Sequence record: MG752970.1
DNA: 64,000 bases
Strand: one strand, 5' to 3'
Shown: one piece after another, positions 1-9,049 of the stretch
Numbering within the stretch: the stretch's first letter is position 1
Layout: each line of letters starts with the position of its first letter
The notes under the pieces: generated by a model
The model's database searches: none
Told to the model about the DNA's origin: nothing
The model's input: only the letters and a program-made list of their open reading frames with translations
Translations under genes and position numbers: made by a program

Positions 1-104
1 TAAGTTGTATACACTCCTAAGAACATCGCAGGAACCCGGCTATATCTATATAGCGCAGTCCAGAATGTAACGGAAACGAACACTCCGGAAAAAGTGTAAC
101 AACC

Positions 105-133
105 TAGACATTTTCCTGGAGTTAGGTTATAAT
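105..133 (+). promoter_or_regulatory. sigma70-type (early) promoter
   Basis: TAGACA(105-110)-17 nt-TATAAT(128-133). Confidence 0.65.
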
Positions 134-197
134 CTTCTTAACGCAGGAAAACAAAAACCTGCAAGCAGTAAATCAGATTAACGGTTACACTTTCAGA

Positions 198-226
198 TTG
201 TACAAAACCGGGAATCTTGATATAAT
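198..226 (+). promoter_or_regulatory. sigma70-type (early) promoter, extended -10
   Basis: TTGTAC(198-203)-17 nt-TATAAT(221-226) preceded by TG; upstream of ATG 261. Confidence 0.7.
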
Positions 227-260
227 TACCTACATCAACAAACGAAACGGAGAATTCCAA

Positions 261-893
261 ATGACTTTCAAGTTCGCAGTTGGTCAGATCGCTCAAGTTA
301 CTTCGGTTAAGGGTACCCGCACCGGTGAAATCGTAGCTCGTCGGATGGTCGGTCCCGAAGGTGAACAGAAAGCGGAATACAAGCTCAAGGGCGACAAGAA
401 CTACCTCGCTGAAAAGAGCATCTCCGTTTCGACGGCAGAACATGCAGCACCCGAAGCTTCGGCTCCGGCAACCACGAATCAAGTTGTAGAAACCCCGGCT
501 GCAGCACCGGCTCCTGCTGCAAATACCAACCCCGGTGCTAAGCGCCAACGCAAGGAGAAGACCATGAAGACCGATGCAGAAAAGACCGCCAAGGAACTGG
601 TGAACGATTTCCTGGTTGCCAACGGTGTCGCAGTCAACCCGAAGTTCGCCGACGAGTACATCGGCAACCACAAGGTGTCGCTGGACGGTTTCGAACTCAC
701 GATGCCGAAGCTGAACTTCAACGCCGTCGTGAAGCGTGTCGGCAAGGCGATCGGCAAGGAAGGTACCCAAGCTGATCTGCAGGCCGAAGACGAAACGATC
801 GTCGGCACCGAGTACAGCTGGAAGGTGAAGGGCAAGACGCTGACCCTGCACAAGGACTACAACACCGGCGCCTTCACGGTGCAAGTGCAGTAA
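261..893 (+). CDS. hypothetical early phage protein with Ala/Pro-rich linker
   Basis: ORF 198..893; start moved to ATG 261 (MTFKFAVGQ) after GGAG at 249-252 because the upstream part overlaps a promoter; GC3-rich codons. Confidence 0.8.
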   Translation: MTFKFAVGQIAQVTSVKGTRTGEIVARRMVGPEGEQKAEYKLKGDKNYLAEKSISVSTAEHAAPEASAPATTNQVVETPAAAPAPAANTNPGAKRQRKEKTMKTDAEKTAKELVNDFLVANGVAVNPKFADEYIGNHKVSLDGFELTMPKLNFNAVVKRVGKAIGKEGTQADLQAEDETIVGTEYSWKVKGKTLTLHKDYNTGAFTVQVQ

Positions 894-909
894 TTCTGAA
901 AGCGGCCGA

Positions 910-948
910 GGGTTGCTGGTTCTGACTAACGTTGGAACCAGCCCTTTT
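910..948 (+). terminator. probable intrinsic terminator
   Basis: GCTGGTTC...GAACCAGC stem followed by CCTTTT just after stop 893. Confidence 0.5.
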
Positions 949-966
949 GGCATCTAGGAGCAGGAA

Positions 967-1335
967 ATGTATTTTCCTATGGGCAAGACCGATGCTTTGG
1001 ACACAATTCGGAAGTATGAATCCGGGTTTGTCAGTGATAGCATGGTGGAAGCATGTATTGATTTCTTCATCATGCTACATCCCGATCCACAAAGCCCTTT
1101 TCCTGAAGTTCCATACCAAGAGCTGCAGGAACGCTTCAAAACCGAAATTGAAACCGCCAAGCGCATGGTTGCTCAGTATGGATCTCAGATCCAGCCTCAA
1201 ACCCTTCCTCACATGCGCGGCGAGTTTTACAGGTTCTCTAACAGCATGAAGTACCTGTACAACAGCGAGACAATCGCTGTAACCAGGAATCTGCTGAACG
1301 AGTGCTGGAATGGTATTGGCCCCTGGAGAGAATGA
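967..1335 (+). CDS. hypothetical protein
   Basis: 122-aa ORF with AGGAG upstream; stop overlaps next start (ATGA). Confidence 0.75.
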   Translation: MYFPMGKTDALDTIRKYESGFVSDSMVEACIDFFIMLHPDPQSPFPEVPYQELQERFKTEIETAKRMVAQYGSQIQPQTLPHMRGEFYRFSNSMKYLYNSETIAVTRNLLNECWNGIGPWRE

Positions 1336-1778
1336 TGAACATCCGCTGGAACTTCGAAGCACTGATGGGCGATATCGAGAAGAATATCGCAAAGCACGGT
1401 TTCATGACGATCGCGGTAGGTGGAACCCGTCGACAACCTGGTTTTCACTACACCATCGGTCTGACTGATACCTTCGGGTTTGAGATCATCATCTTTGGTT
1501 TGTCGTTCGAAATCGGTCACATCATTCTGAACGACATCTACCGACATGGCAAACCTGAGCTTGACATTCCTCTTGATACGGTCGGAAGTCATCCGGTCAT
1601 GTTCAAGGAATGCAATGATGCTCTCGCCAAGCAATACGCGGTTCAGGCATTCAACTATTATAACGAACCGCTCAAGATCGTACAGATGGTTATCAGTGAT
1701 CGGGCAGGTAAGCTTCCTGGTGATCCTGAATTCAACCATATGTACATGGACGCCGCTCAACCTCTTCTGTACCGGTGA
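1332..1778 (+). CDS. DUF4262-like protein
   Basis: IAKHGFMTIAV...FHYTIGLTDTFGFEIIIFGL resembles the DUF4262 pattern; start taken at ATG 1332 overlapping the previous stop. Confidence 0.65.
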   Translation: MMNIRWNFEALMGDIEKNIAKHGFMTIAVGGTRRQPGFHYTIGLTDTFGFEIIIFGLSFEIGHIILNDIYRHGKPELDIPLDTVGSHPVMFKECNDALAKQYAVQAFNYYNEPLKIVQMVISDRAGKLPGDPEFNHMYMDAAQPLLYR

Positions 1779-1782
1779 CAAC

Positions 1783-1995
1783 ATGACGTATCAAGAAATC
1801 AAAGGTCAGATTCTCAAGCACCTGCGGCAAGCTATGGAACCCGGTCAAACAAAAGACGATCTCATCGGTCATATCGACAGCATCGTCACTCAGCAGGGTA
1901 ACGCCGAGTTGCTAAATCGGGCTGAGTCATATAACGCTAAACGTCTCGGTGAAGAATCCATCAGGGTGATTCTGAGACTTCTGCTGGACGTATAG
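1783..1995 (+). CDS. hypothetical protein
   Basis: C-terminal part of ORF 1546..1995 from ATG 1783 (MTYQEIKG), 4 nt after previous stop. Confidence 0.6.
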   Translation: MTYQEIKGQILKHLRQAMEPGQTKDDLIGHIDSIVTQQGNAELLNRAESYNAKRLGEESIRVILRLLLDV

Positions 1996-2007
1996 GAGAT
2001 TAAAATC

Positions 2008-2220
2008 ATGAACGAGTTCGATGAATCATTTCCTGCAAACCCGCACTTCATCCTTTTCGTGACTACCATCTGCTACAAGACAGGTGGGGTTTCGACCTGT
2101 GAGCTAAAGTTCCATACCTTACAGGCCAGACAGATTGCTAAGGAAGCTATCAGGGCATCCGTCAAAGAAGGTCAAACTGCCGTAGCAGCACAGTTCTTTG
2201 CTGAGTTCGAAGGACTATAA
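2008..2220 (+). CDS. hypothetical protein
   Basis: 70-aa ORF with AGGAG RBS upstream. Confidence 0.7.
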   Translation: MNEFDESFPANPHFILFVTTICYKTGGVSTCELKFHTLQARQIAKEAIRASVKEGQTAVAAQFFAEFEGL

Positions 2221-2240
2221 TATAACATGGGGAAGTTCAA

Positions 2241-2417
2241 ATGATCAACCGACACAGGCTAAATCTCCTGGTTCAGTTACTAGAAGCTAATGAATCTGGT
2301 AACTCGTCTGAAAGTACTCGATTCAGAAATCTATTAGTTCTAGATTTAACGGATCATATTACAGAGGAGACTGCAAATCTGTTCATAGACCTGATGATCA
2401 GTCAGCTATCGATCTAG
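2241..2417 (+). CDS. small hypothetical protein (58 aa, below track cutoff)
   Basis: ATG 2241 to TAG 2415-2417, MINRHRLNLLVQLLEANE...; continues the co-oriented early cluster. Confidence 0.5.
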   Translation: MINRHRLNLLVQLLEANESGNSSESTRFRNLLVLDLTDHITEETANLFIDLMISQLSI

Positions 2418-2441
2418 ATACGAATACTGTAAGGTTCACCC

Positions 2442-2470
2442 AGGAGATGCCCAGAAGGTGTCTCCTTTTT
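2442..2470 (+). terminator. intrinsic terminator
   Basis: GGAGATGCC-CAGAA-GGTGTCTCC stem (G-U pairs) + TTTTT. Confidence 0.65.
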
Positions 2471-2595
2471 CTTTTGTAGTAGCATATGTGAAACCGACAC
2501 ATCATCTCTGGGCCTCATCTACAATGATCATAGAAAGTAACATTCTAGGATTAGGAATCCAGGGTATAATAGCTAATCGCAATTCTCATAAGTTG

Positions 2596-2601
2596 TAAAT
2601 A
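2596..2601 (+). promoter_or_regulatory. TAAATA late-promoter-like box
   Basis: 15 nt upstream of ATG 2617; the same hexamer precedes 17 transcription units in the window. Confidence 0.6.
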
Positions 2602-2616
2602 CACAGGTACAGGATA

Positions 2617-3180
2617 ATGACGTCCCAGGAACAATACGCAGAAGTGGTGCAGTGGATAGGGTTGAACGTTCGTAGATATGGTCAAAGGAACGTTCACGAT
2701 TCTTTGGTTGACCGGTATGGAAGATACCATATCGTAAAAGACGGAGTGGATTTCACAGGTACTGGTCTGCCGTTCAGTAAACCAAGTTTCCTAGAGATCA
2801 ACTCTAAGCATTTAACGTTTGAGAACTATGACTTTGAGAATTCACAGTACGGTGGAGTAGGTCAGATCAGTACTGCCTTCATGACTTTAGAATTCTGCAA
2901 AGGTGATCTGGAGAAGGTGGTTAGACAGACCGCTCCGATGAGAATCGATTTCTTGAACATTAGTGCTAAGTTTGGAGAATTTACTAATTTGGTTGCTGCT
3001 ACACAGGTGTCTGATCACGTGATCTTCAGAGTATCAAGACCTAATAGCAGTAGTTCCATATTAGAGATATCGACTATTACGAACGTGGCGATATTTAAAG
3101 GTAAGCAATCCTGCTACTTCACTGACGTATTTGATTTACAGAACATTTTAATAGATAACGGGTTTGAGGATTTGGTATGA
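2617..3180 (+). CDS. paralog family member P1 (no MKLxEI N-terminus)
   Basis: C-term DVFDLQNILIDNGFEDLV; core GLPFSKP..YDFENSQYG shared with P2-P5. Confidence 0.9.
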   Translation: MTSQEQYAEVVQWIGLNVRRYGQRNVHDSLVDRYGRYHIVKDGVDFTGTGLPFSKPSFLEINSKHLTFENYDFENSQYGGVGQISTAFMTLEFCKGDLEKVVRQTAPMRIDFLNISAKFGEFTNLVAATQVSDHVIFRVSRPNSSSSILEISTITNVAIFKGKQSCYFTDVFDLQNILIDNGFEDLV

Positions 3181-3758
3181 GGTTGAATGAAATTAAAGAT
3201 CAGACAGGATTTAAGACTATATCAGATTGGGTTAAACTGAATGCTAGTGAATCTACTGTACACGATGTTCTGGCTAATATTAAAGAATTGCGTTCCGGTT
3301 CATACTGCATCCAGATGAATCACTTGTTCCTAAATGGTAACGGTCAACCGTTCAGTAAACCAGACAATCTCATTATCAGAGCTCTTGAACATATAACATT
3401 TAGCAATTATGATTTCGAGAATTCTGATTATGGGTTTACTGGAACAATTAACGCATATTCGGTATCTCTCGAGTACGGTCCTAAGTGTGATTTGGTAAAG
3501 GTGTTCCAGCGGACTTCAAGTTTATCGTTTGACAAGATTTATGTCACTCTTAAGATGGGTGAGTTTACGAATTTAGTTCCAGCAACCGAGATGGTAGAGA
3601 ATGCGGTAATTACTGCAGCAGGTGGAGAACCTCTTCGTAAACTCTTCATAAGTACAAGAGGACAATTCGTTAATACTGGTGGTAAGAAACATGATTATAA
3701 AGATGCGTTCGATCTACAAGAGATTTTAATTAATAACGGGTTTGAGGATTTGGTATGA
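3177..3758 (+). CDS. paralog family member P2
   Basis: MRLNEI...DAFDLQEILINNGFEDLV; ATGA overlap. Confidence 0.9.
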   Translation: MRLNEIKDQTGFKTISDWVKLNASESTVHDVLANIKELRSGSYCIQMNHLFLNGNGQPFSKPDNLIIRALEHITFSNYDFENSDYGFTGTINAYSVSLEYGPKCDLVKVFQRTSSLSFDKIYVTLKMGEFTNLVPATEMVENAVITAAGGEPLRKLFISTRGQFVNTGGKKHDYKDAFDLQEILINNGFEDLV

Positions 3759-4348
3759 GGCTATCAGAAATAAAAGATAAGGACGCTGATCAGGCAATAG
3801 TTGATTGGGTCAGATCAAACCTCGATTACTATAATGCAAGTGCCATAGTTGATTCGATACCTAGAACGGGTGAGACGTTTAACCTGGCACTAGTTGATGT
3901 AATGCTTGATGGTAAAGGTCGACCTTTCAGCAAACCCGACAATCTTAAGATTACCGCTGATAGTATTACTCTTCTAGACTTTGATTTTGAGAATTCTGAT
4001 TATGGTAATGTTGGAGATATCAGTATCGATTACTTAATTCTAACATATGGAGTTCTGAAGCAAGGTCCTAAGTTTGATCTAGTAAAGGCGATTGAGAAGA
4101 CTCACAATGTGTCGCTGGATACCATTACGATAAATGTTAAACCTGGTGAGTTTAGTAATCTCATAGCCGCAACTGAGATATCAGATAGACTTAATATTAA
4201 TATCCGGCGCATTAAACCTGCCGGTCAGACGGTGAGTATTGATACAAGTAATTGGGTACTCTCTATAGGAAGTAAGAAATTTGATTACAAGGATCCTTTC
4301 GAACTGCAGGAGCTTTTGATTGACAACGGGTTTGAGGAATACGTATGA
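3755..4348 (+). CDS. paralog family member P3
   Basis: MRLSEI...DPFELQELLIDNGFEEYV; ATGA overlap. Confidence 0.9.
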   Translation: MRLSEIKDKDADQAIVDWVRSNLDYYNASAIVDSIPRTGETFNLALVDVMLDGKGRPFSKPDNLKITADSITLLDFDFENSDYGNVGDISIDYLILTYGVLKQGPKFDLVKAIEKTHNVSLDTITINVKPGEFSNLIAATEISDRLNINIRRIKPAGQTVSIDTSNWVLSIGSKKFDYKDPFELQELLIDNGFEEYV

Positions 4349-4929
4349 AGCTATCAGAAATTAAAGAAACTAATAATCCGATGTTTGCATGGATTACTAA
4401 GAACGTCAAAAGTCTGAAAATGCAGAACTTGATGCTGGACTATATTCAAGATATCAAACCCGAGGATCAACTTAAACAAGTAAGCATTCAGAATCTGACA
4501 CTAACCGGTAATGGTGAACCGTTCGAACCACCCCCATTTGACTTACACGTTGCGAATGAACTCATACTTAATAACTATGATTTCGAGAATTCTGATTATG
4601 GTAAACCGGGTACTATACAGGGCGCTCACATCATTTTAGAATATGGTCCTAAGTGCGATTTGGTAAAGGTGGTGCAGAAGATCGTGAACATGCAGTGCGT
4701 TACATTGGGAGTCATAGTTGAATCCGATGGATTTACGAATTTGATTCCTGCAACAGATATATCCTGGAGATTAAATCTATCAATCGTCGATTGGGCAACA
4801 CAGAAAAAGATAATTGAAATTCGTACTGAATCTAAAAAGATATTCATCAACGGTGAGCAGTTAGAATATTCGGATGTCTTTGATCTTCAGGACATTTTGA
4901 TTCAGAATGGATTTAAGGAGTATGTATGA
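4345..4929 (+). CDS. paralog family member P4
   Basis: MKLSEI...DVFDLQDILIQNGFKEYV. Confidence 0.9.
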   Translation: MKLSEIKETNNPMFAWITKNVKSLKMQNLMLDYIQDIKPEDQLKQVSIQNLTLTGNGEPFEPPPFDLHVANELILNNYDFENSDYGKPGTIQGAHIILEYGPKCDLVKVVQKIVNMQCVTLGVIVESDGFTNLIPATDISWRLNLSIVDWATQKKIIEIRTESKKIFINGEQLEYSDVFDLQDILIQNGFKEYV

Positions 4930-5483
4930 GGCTGAGTGAAATTCAAAGAGACGGTATTAAAGAATGGCTGAATAAGTATTTAGCCGACAATCGTATTGAT
5001 GATGTAACATCCATCGTGAAATCTATTGATGCAAATAATGGATTGTATATCAATCAATTGCTATTAGGAAGTAAAGGCAGTACTTTCGTTTCTCCTCCTT
5101 TTCAGATTCATGCAGACTATACTAAACTGTCTGATTACGATTTCGAGAATTCTACATATGCAAATATATCAACAAAAGATCTTGCTCTGGTAGGACGAAT
5201 GAATGATATAGAGAAGGTGGTAACCGGTGTAAAGAAATCTTTTAAAAGATTGGCTGACCTTCAGATTACTGCATTTTCTAATAATGCACGTAATGTAGTT
5301 TCTGCTATATCAATGGTTGACAAATTTGATATGTATGTGCAGATCATGGCTAATGATTATACTCTTTCCATTAACACATTTGATCAATCAATATATACTG
5401 ACGTAACGAATAGACAAACGTACGAAGATGTATTTGATCTACAGGACATTTTAATTAACATGGGATTTGAGGCACTGGTATGA
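4926..5483 (+). CDS. paralog family member P5
   Basis: MRLSEI...DVFDLQDILINMGFEALV. Confidence 0.9.
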   Translation: MRLSEIQRDGIKEWLNKYLADNRIDDVTSIVKSIDANNGLYINQLLLGSKGSTFVSPPFQIHADYTKLSDYDFENSTYANISTKDLALVGRMNDIEKVVTGVKKSFKRLADLQITAFSNNARNVVSAISMVDKFDMYVQIMANDYTLSINTFDQSIYTDVTNRQTYEDVFDLQDILINMGFEALV

Positions 5484-6064
5484 AGCTAACTGAAGTTTTA
5501 AGATTAACGAAGAGAGATGTTATTGATACCATGCAGGAGTATGGTATTAGTTTGGTAGGTAACAGGGCGGTTAGTGAAAGTGTTTTTGAGATCGATGCGT
5601 ATGATCAGGTCATCATGAATCCATCAGAGGCTGCGCTAGAGTTTAGGAAGAGCATTGCTAAACCTATTCCACTCGTATTTGCATATGCATCAAACATGAT
5701 ATTTAGAACCATTAAAGTAGCAGATTGGAGTTATCTAGGATCTCCTAATCAATCTTTAGACTGGTTCTTCGCAAATTGCTTGCTACCAGACTTCAATGAT
5801 ATGCCTAACTTTCCTAGTGTCGCGCTAGAAATTGTTGATGCACGATACCTCCAGCAACCTATTTCGGGTCTGTTTGATAATTCTCCAGTAGCGTCTTTAA
5901 GCTACATCCCTGACGATCGAAACAAGCACGTTAGTATCAGCAAGGGCGTTCATCAGAATAGTAACGACATTCTTATTATATGGAAGGGTGGAAGTAAGAC
6001 CGTATCGAGCACGTTTGAGCTACAGGACTGGTGCATCGATAATGGGTTTGAATTCTGGGCGTAA
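5480..6064 (+). CDS. paralog family member P6
   Basis: MKLTEV...STFELQDWCIDNGFEFWA. Confidence 0.9.
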   Translation: MKLTEVLRLTKRDVIDTMQEYGISLVGNRAVSESVFEIDAYDQVIMNPSEAALEFRKSIAKPIPLVFAYASNMIFRTIKVADWSYLGSPNQSLDWFFANCLLPDFNDMPNFPSVALEIVDARYLQQPISGLFDNSPVASLSYIPDDRNKHVSISKGVHQNSNDILIIWKGGSKTVSSTFELQDWCIDNGFEFWA

Positions 6065-6067
6065 TGC

Positions 6068-6640
6068 TTATACCAGGTTATCAAACCCATTTGTAATCAG
6101 CCAATCCTGAAGTTCGAATGTATCATCTAGAAAAGTTGTCTTTTGTTGGTATCTAACTTTAATCTTTCCAGGTGTGGATGAGGCTGTCTTATCCTTCCAG
6201 ACGGAAAGGAATGAAGTAGGACCATCCTCTAGCAAAAACTCTGTACTCTCAGAATCATTATCAAACATAGGGATAATGCTGTCCTTGAATCCTACATCTG
6301 GACTCATTGAGATCTGTATGTGTTTAAAAACCGGTATCTGAGCTATAGGCGGAATTTCGCAATTAATAAAGTACCATTCTTTTGCTTGAGTTGGTGATCC
6401 TACATCTGACCAGTTGCTAATGATTCTTCCGTTGATCTCTATAGAAAACAATCCATCAAATTCAAAAGGAAGTTTAATTGGCCCGGCTCCATACACTGAA
6501 GCGCTAACATGCAATGATTTAAAGACCACCTTATTGTTGACCACATCAAACGCGACTGGCATTCCAAACTCGATTGAGTTTTTGTCAATAAAGTCTTCAA
6601 CCTGTTTCTTTGTGAGTCCCTGTATCTCTTTAAGCTTCAT
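6068..6640 (-). CDS. paralog family member P7 (inverted)
   Basis: MKLKEI...DTFELQDWLITNGFDNLV; AGAAAGGAG RBS and TAAATA upstream on minus strand. Confidence 0.9.
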   Translation of the reverse strand: MKLKEIQGLTKKQVEDFIDKNSIEFGMPVAFDVVNNKVVFKSLHVSASVYGAGPIKLPFEFDGLFSIEINGRIISNWSDVGSPTQAKEWYFINCEIPPIAQIPVFKHIQISMSPDVGFKDSIIPMFDNDSESTEFLLEDGPTSFLSVWKDKTASSTPGKIKVRYQQKTTFLDDTFELQDWLITNGFDNLV

Positions 6641-6658
6641 TAGAATTCTCCTTTCTTA

Positions 6659-6696
6659 TATTTACGGGTTTCTACGGATAGCTTATAATGTAAATA
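6659..6696. promoter_or_regulatory. divergent pair of TAAATA boxes
   Basis: TATTTA 6659-6664 (serves P7) and TAAATA 6691-6696 (serves P8-P19). Confidence 0.6.
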
Positions 6697-6712
6697 GAAG
6701 AAAGGAATGAAC

Positions 6713-7309
6713 ATGAAGCTAAACGAAATATCTCCACTAGATGATGCTATATCCTGGGTTAATAAGCACATAGGTGCAAAAGCTCGGGTCGCCCGATCAA
6801 TGATTCAACAGCTGCGATCACTTTATATGAATTCAGAACCAGATAAAGTGATCGCAACGGACCACTTAAACCTGCAAGCTAAACAATTTCCCGATGGTTG
6901 GGTAAGTCCACCATTTAAGATTTCTGCCGAACAAGTCCATTTATATGGGTTTGACACCAAGGACTCGAGGTTTGACTGGATTCAGAGCTGCGATAGTCTA
7001 GTTATTCATGACTATGAAGAAGGTGAGGTTTCAGATATTCGTGTCGATGAAATAGCTAACATTCAGGGATTGAGTGGTTTCTCTGTTCTGGCTGATATTA
7101 ATCATTGTAAGAGAATCGTAAACATTTTCGATCTTATAGGTTCAGTGACGGTGCAGCTAAGAGTTAGTAAGAATAGAACCGATGATACCGATTTTGCCAT
7201 CTGGATCTACAACAACGATGCTAACATTCAGGGCAAGCGCGTTAACTTCAATTCCATCTTTGATCTACAAGAGATTCTGATTGATAATGGATTCGAGGAT
7301 CTAGTATGA
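6713..7309 (+). CDS. paralog family member P8
   Basis: MKLNEI (ATG 6713, AAAGGA RBS)...SIFDLQEILIDNGFEDLV. Confidence 0.9.
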   Translation: MKLNEISPLDDAISWVNKHIGAKARVARSMIQQLRSLYMNSEPDKVIATDHLNLQAKQFPDGWVSPPFKISAEQVHLYGFDTKDSRFDWIQSCDSLVIHDYEEGEVSDIRVDEIANIQGLSGFSVLADINHCKRIVNIFDLIGSVTVQLRVSKNRTDDTDFAIWIYNNDANIQGKRVNFNSIFDLQEILIDNGFEDLV

Positions 7310-7908
7310 AGCTAAACGAAATTGCAATGAGCGATGGTGAGATGATTGACTATCTCATTAAGAATCTCAAGTTTAAGGACGATTGGTACGACACGGAATG
7401 GAATGATGCGTCAGAGGTTTCAACCACACTAACTGTTAATAAGTATGGTGTCGATGTGGATGCAGCATACTGGCTAGAACCTAAGAGAGTAGTTGATATT
7501 GCATTTCCGATTGTAAACATGATTGGATGGACTGGTAAATGGAACATCATGAAGCAGTGCAAGGTTAATATGCCAGATGTATCGTCAGTGTATGTAACTG
7601 AGTTTAATGGTACTCCGGCTGATATCACCGCTTACTTTTCTCAGTTTCAGAAACTAGATGATGCCCGAGTCGTGATAAAGAAAGGAGTAAAAGGTGCGAT
7701 TAATCTGTTCAATGCTTTAACAGAATTGAATTCAAAAGATCCGATGTTTTACGTTACTCTTGAAAATGAAAAGGTGTCTATCAGTAAGAATAGAAACTCC
7801 GCCATCATAACTATATTTGATCTCGCAGAATATAAGACGTATCATGTAGATAGCATCTTTGATCTGCAAGACTGGCTGATAGATCATAATATGAAGGATC
7901 TAGTATGA
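7306..7908 (+). CDS. paralog family member P9
   Basis: MKLNEI...SIFDLQDWLIDHNMKDLV; core resembles P23. Confidence 0.9.
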   Translation: MKLNEIAMSDGEMIDYLIKNLKFKDDWYDTEWNDASEVSTTLTVNKYGVDVDAAYWLEPKRVVDIAFPIVNMIGWTGKWNIMKQCKVNMPDVSSVYVTEFNGTPADITAYFSQFQKLDDARVVIKKGVKGAINLFNALTELNSKDPMFYVTLENEKVSISKNRNSAIITIFDLAEYKTYHVDSIFDLQDWLIDHNMKDLV

Positions 7909-8483
7909 AGCTAAACGAAATAACAGACATCTACAATTGGGCAAGAACGTATAGTAAAAACGGAAGCACGAATTTGCACCTTGAGAATGGCAAAGTGTTG
8001 TTTATGGCCATGTACTTGAATGCTCCTACCTACGATAATACATTCGTACCTCCACCTATTGAGTGTCAGGTTGAAACTAACTGCAGAATTTTATTCTTTG
8101 ATGTTAGCACCATCACGTTAGACTGGCTTGATAGCTATCAAAATCTTACCATAGATGGCGATGGTGATTTCACCAACTTACTACCAGAAATTCGTAAGAG
8201 CGTTCAAAAGGTAAATCCAAATACGATAGTGATTAACACCCTTTTAACCAGCACCTTAAACATTCCAGAATTATGTAGCTTGCCGTGCAATGTTAGCGTG
8301 GCCATTTTCAGGAAAGTTGTCAATTCATCGTATGAAAATTCAGAATTCATCCTGTATACGAATAAAGGAAGCATTGAAATTATAGAAGATGTTGGTACAA
8401 GCAATGCCCGGGTTATAAAAAACTTAGATCAGTTTACTCTACAGGATTGGCTGATTGATAACGGTTACGAGAACTTCATATGA
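7905..8483 (+). CDS. paralog family member P10
   Basis: MKLNEI...DQFTLQDWLIDNGYENFI. Confidence 0.9.
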   Translation: MKLNEITDIYNWARTYSKNGSTNLHLENGKVLFMAMYLNAPTYDNTFVPPPIECQVETNCRILFFDVSTITLDWLDSYQNLTIDGDGDFTNLLPEIRKSVQKVNPNTIVINTLLTSTLNIPELCSLPCNVSVAIFRKVVNSSYENSEFILYTNKGSIEIIEDVGTSNARVIKNLDQFTLQDWLIDNGYENFI

Positions 8484-9049
8484 AACTTCGAGAGATAAAA
8501 GGATCAGTGGATCCAAGTTGGTTGAAATGGGCTAAAGCTAATACACAAAAAGCTAGATCAAATCTATTAGACATTATTGAGTACGAGGATGGAAGACCAT
8601 TCCTACATGTTGAGAACATGACGTTGAGAGGCAACAATCAGGCGTTCACTCCACCTCCCTTTCAAATCATAGTAGAAGAAACATTAGAGCTTAACAACTA
8701 TGATTTTGAGAATTCAGTGTATGGAAACATTAAAGCTAAGACTGTAGAAATGAATGGTGTAGAAGGCGATATGCTTAAGGCTGTAAAAGCCATTGAGACG
8801 ATTAAGCCTGAATACGTACTTATCTACAGTAAGCGCGGAACATTTAGCAACTTATTAGCCGCCGTCGATGGACAGAATATTGCTCAGTTAGAAATTGTTA
8901 TTACGCATGCAACACCACCATTAACACCAATTGCTTCTATATCAACGTGGGACAAAATGGTTTTGATAGGCAACAGCTACAAGGCATATTCTGACATCTT
9001 TGAGCTGCAACAGTTACTAGTGGATAATGGTCTTGAGGATATTGCATGA
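8480..9049 (+). CDS. paralog family member P11
   Basis: MKLREI...NYDFENSVYG...DIFELQQLLVDNGLEDIA. Confidence 0.9.
   Translation: MKLREIKGSVDPSWLKWAKANTQKARSNLLDIIEYEDGRPFLHVENMTLRGNNQAFTPPPFQIIVEETLELNNYDFENSVYGNIKAKTVEMNGVEGDMLKAVKAIETIKPEYVLIYSKRGTFSNLLAAVDGQNIAQLEIVITHATPPLTPIASISTWDKMVLIGNSYKAYSDIFELQQLLVDNGLEDIA

Noticed and set aside
138-953. 271-aa minus-strand ORF
   Set aside because: Antisense shadow of the GC3-rich gene 261..893, which has the promoter, RBS and terminator.
1075-1784. Minus-strand ORFs 1075..1392 and 1227..1784
   Set aside because: Fully overlap the co-oriented, translationally coupled plus-strand genes; no RBS or recognisable motifs.
2418-2616. Longest non-coding gap checked for tRNA/ncRNA
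   Set aside because: Only a terminator hairpin, an isolated TATAAT and the TAAATA box; no cloverleaf or recognisable structured RNA.
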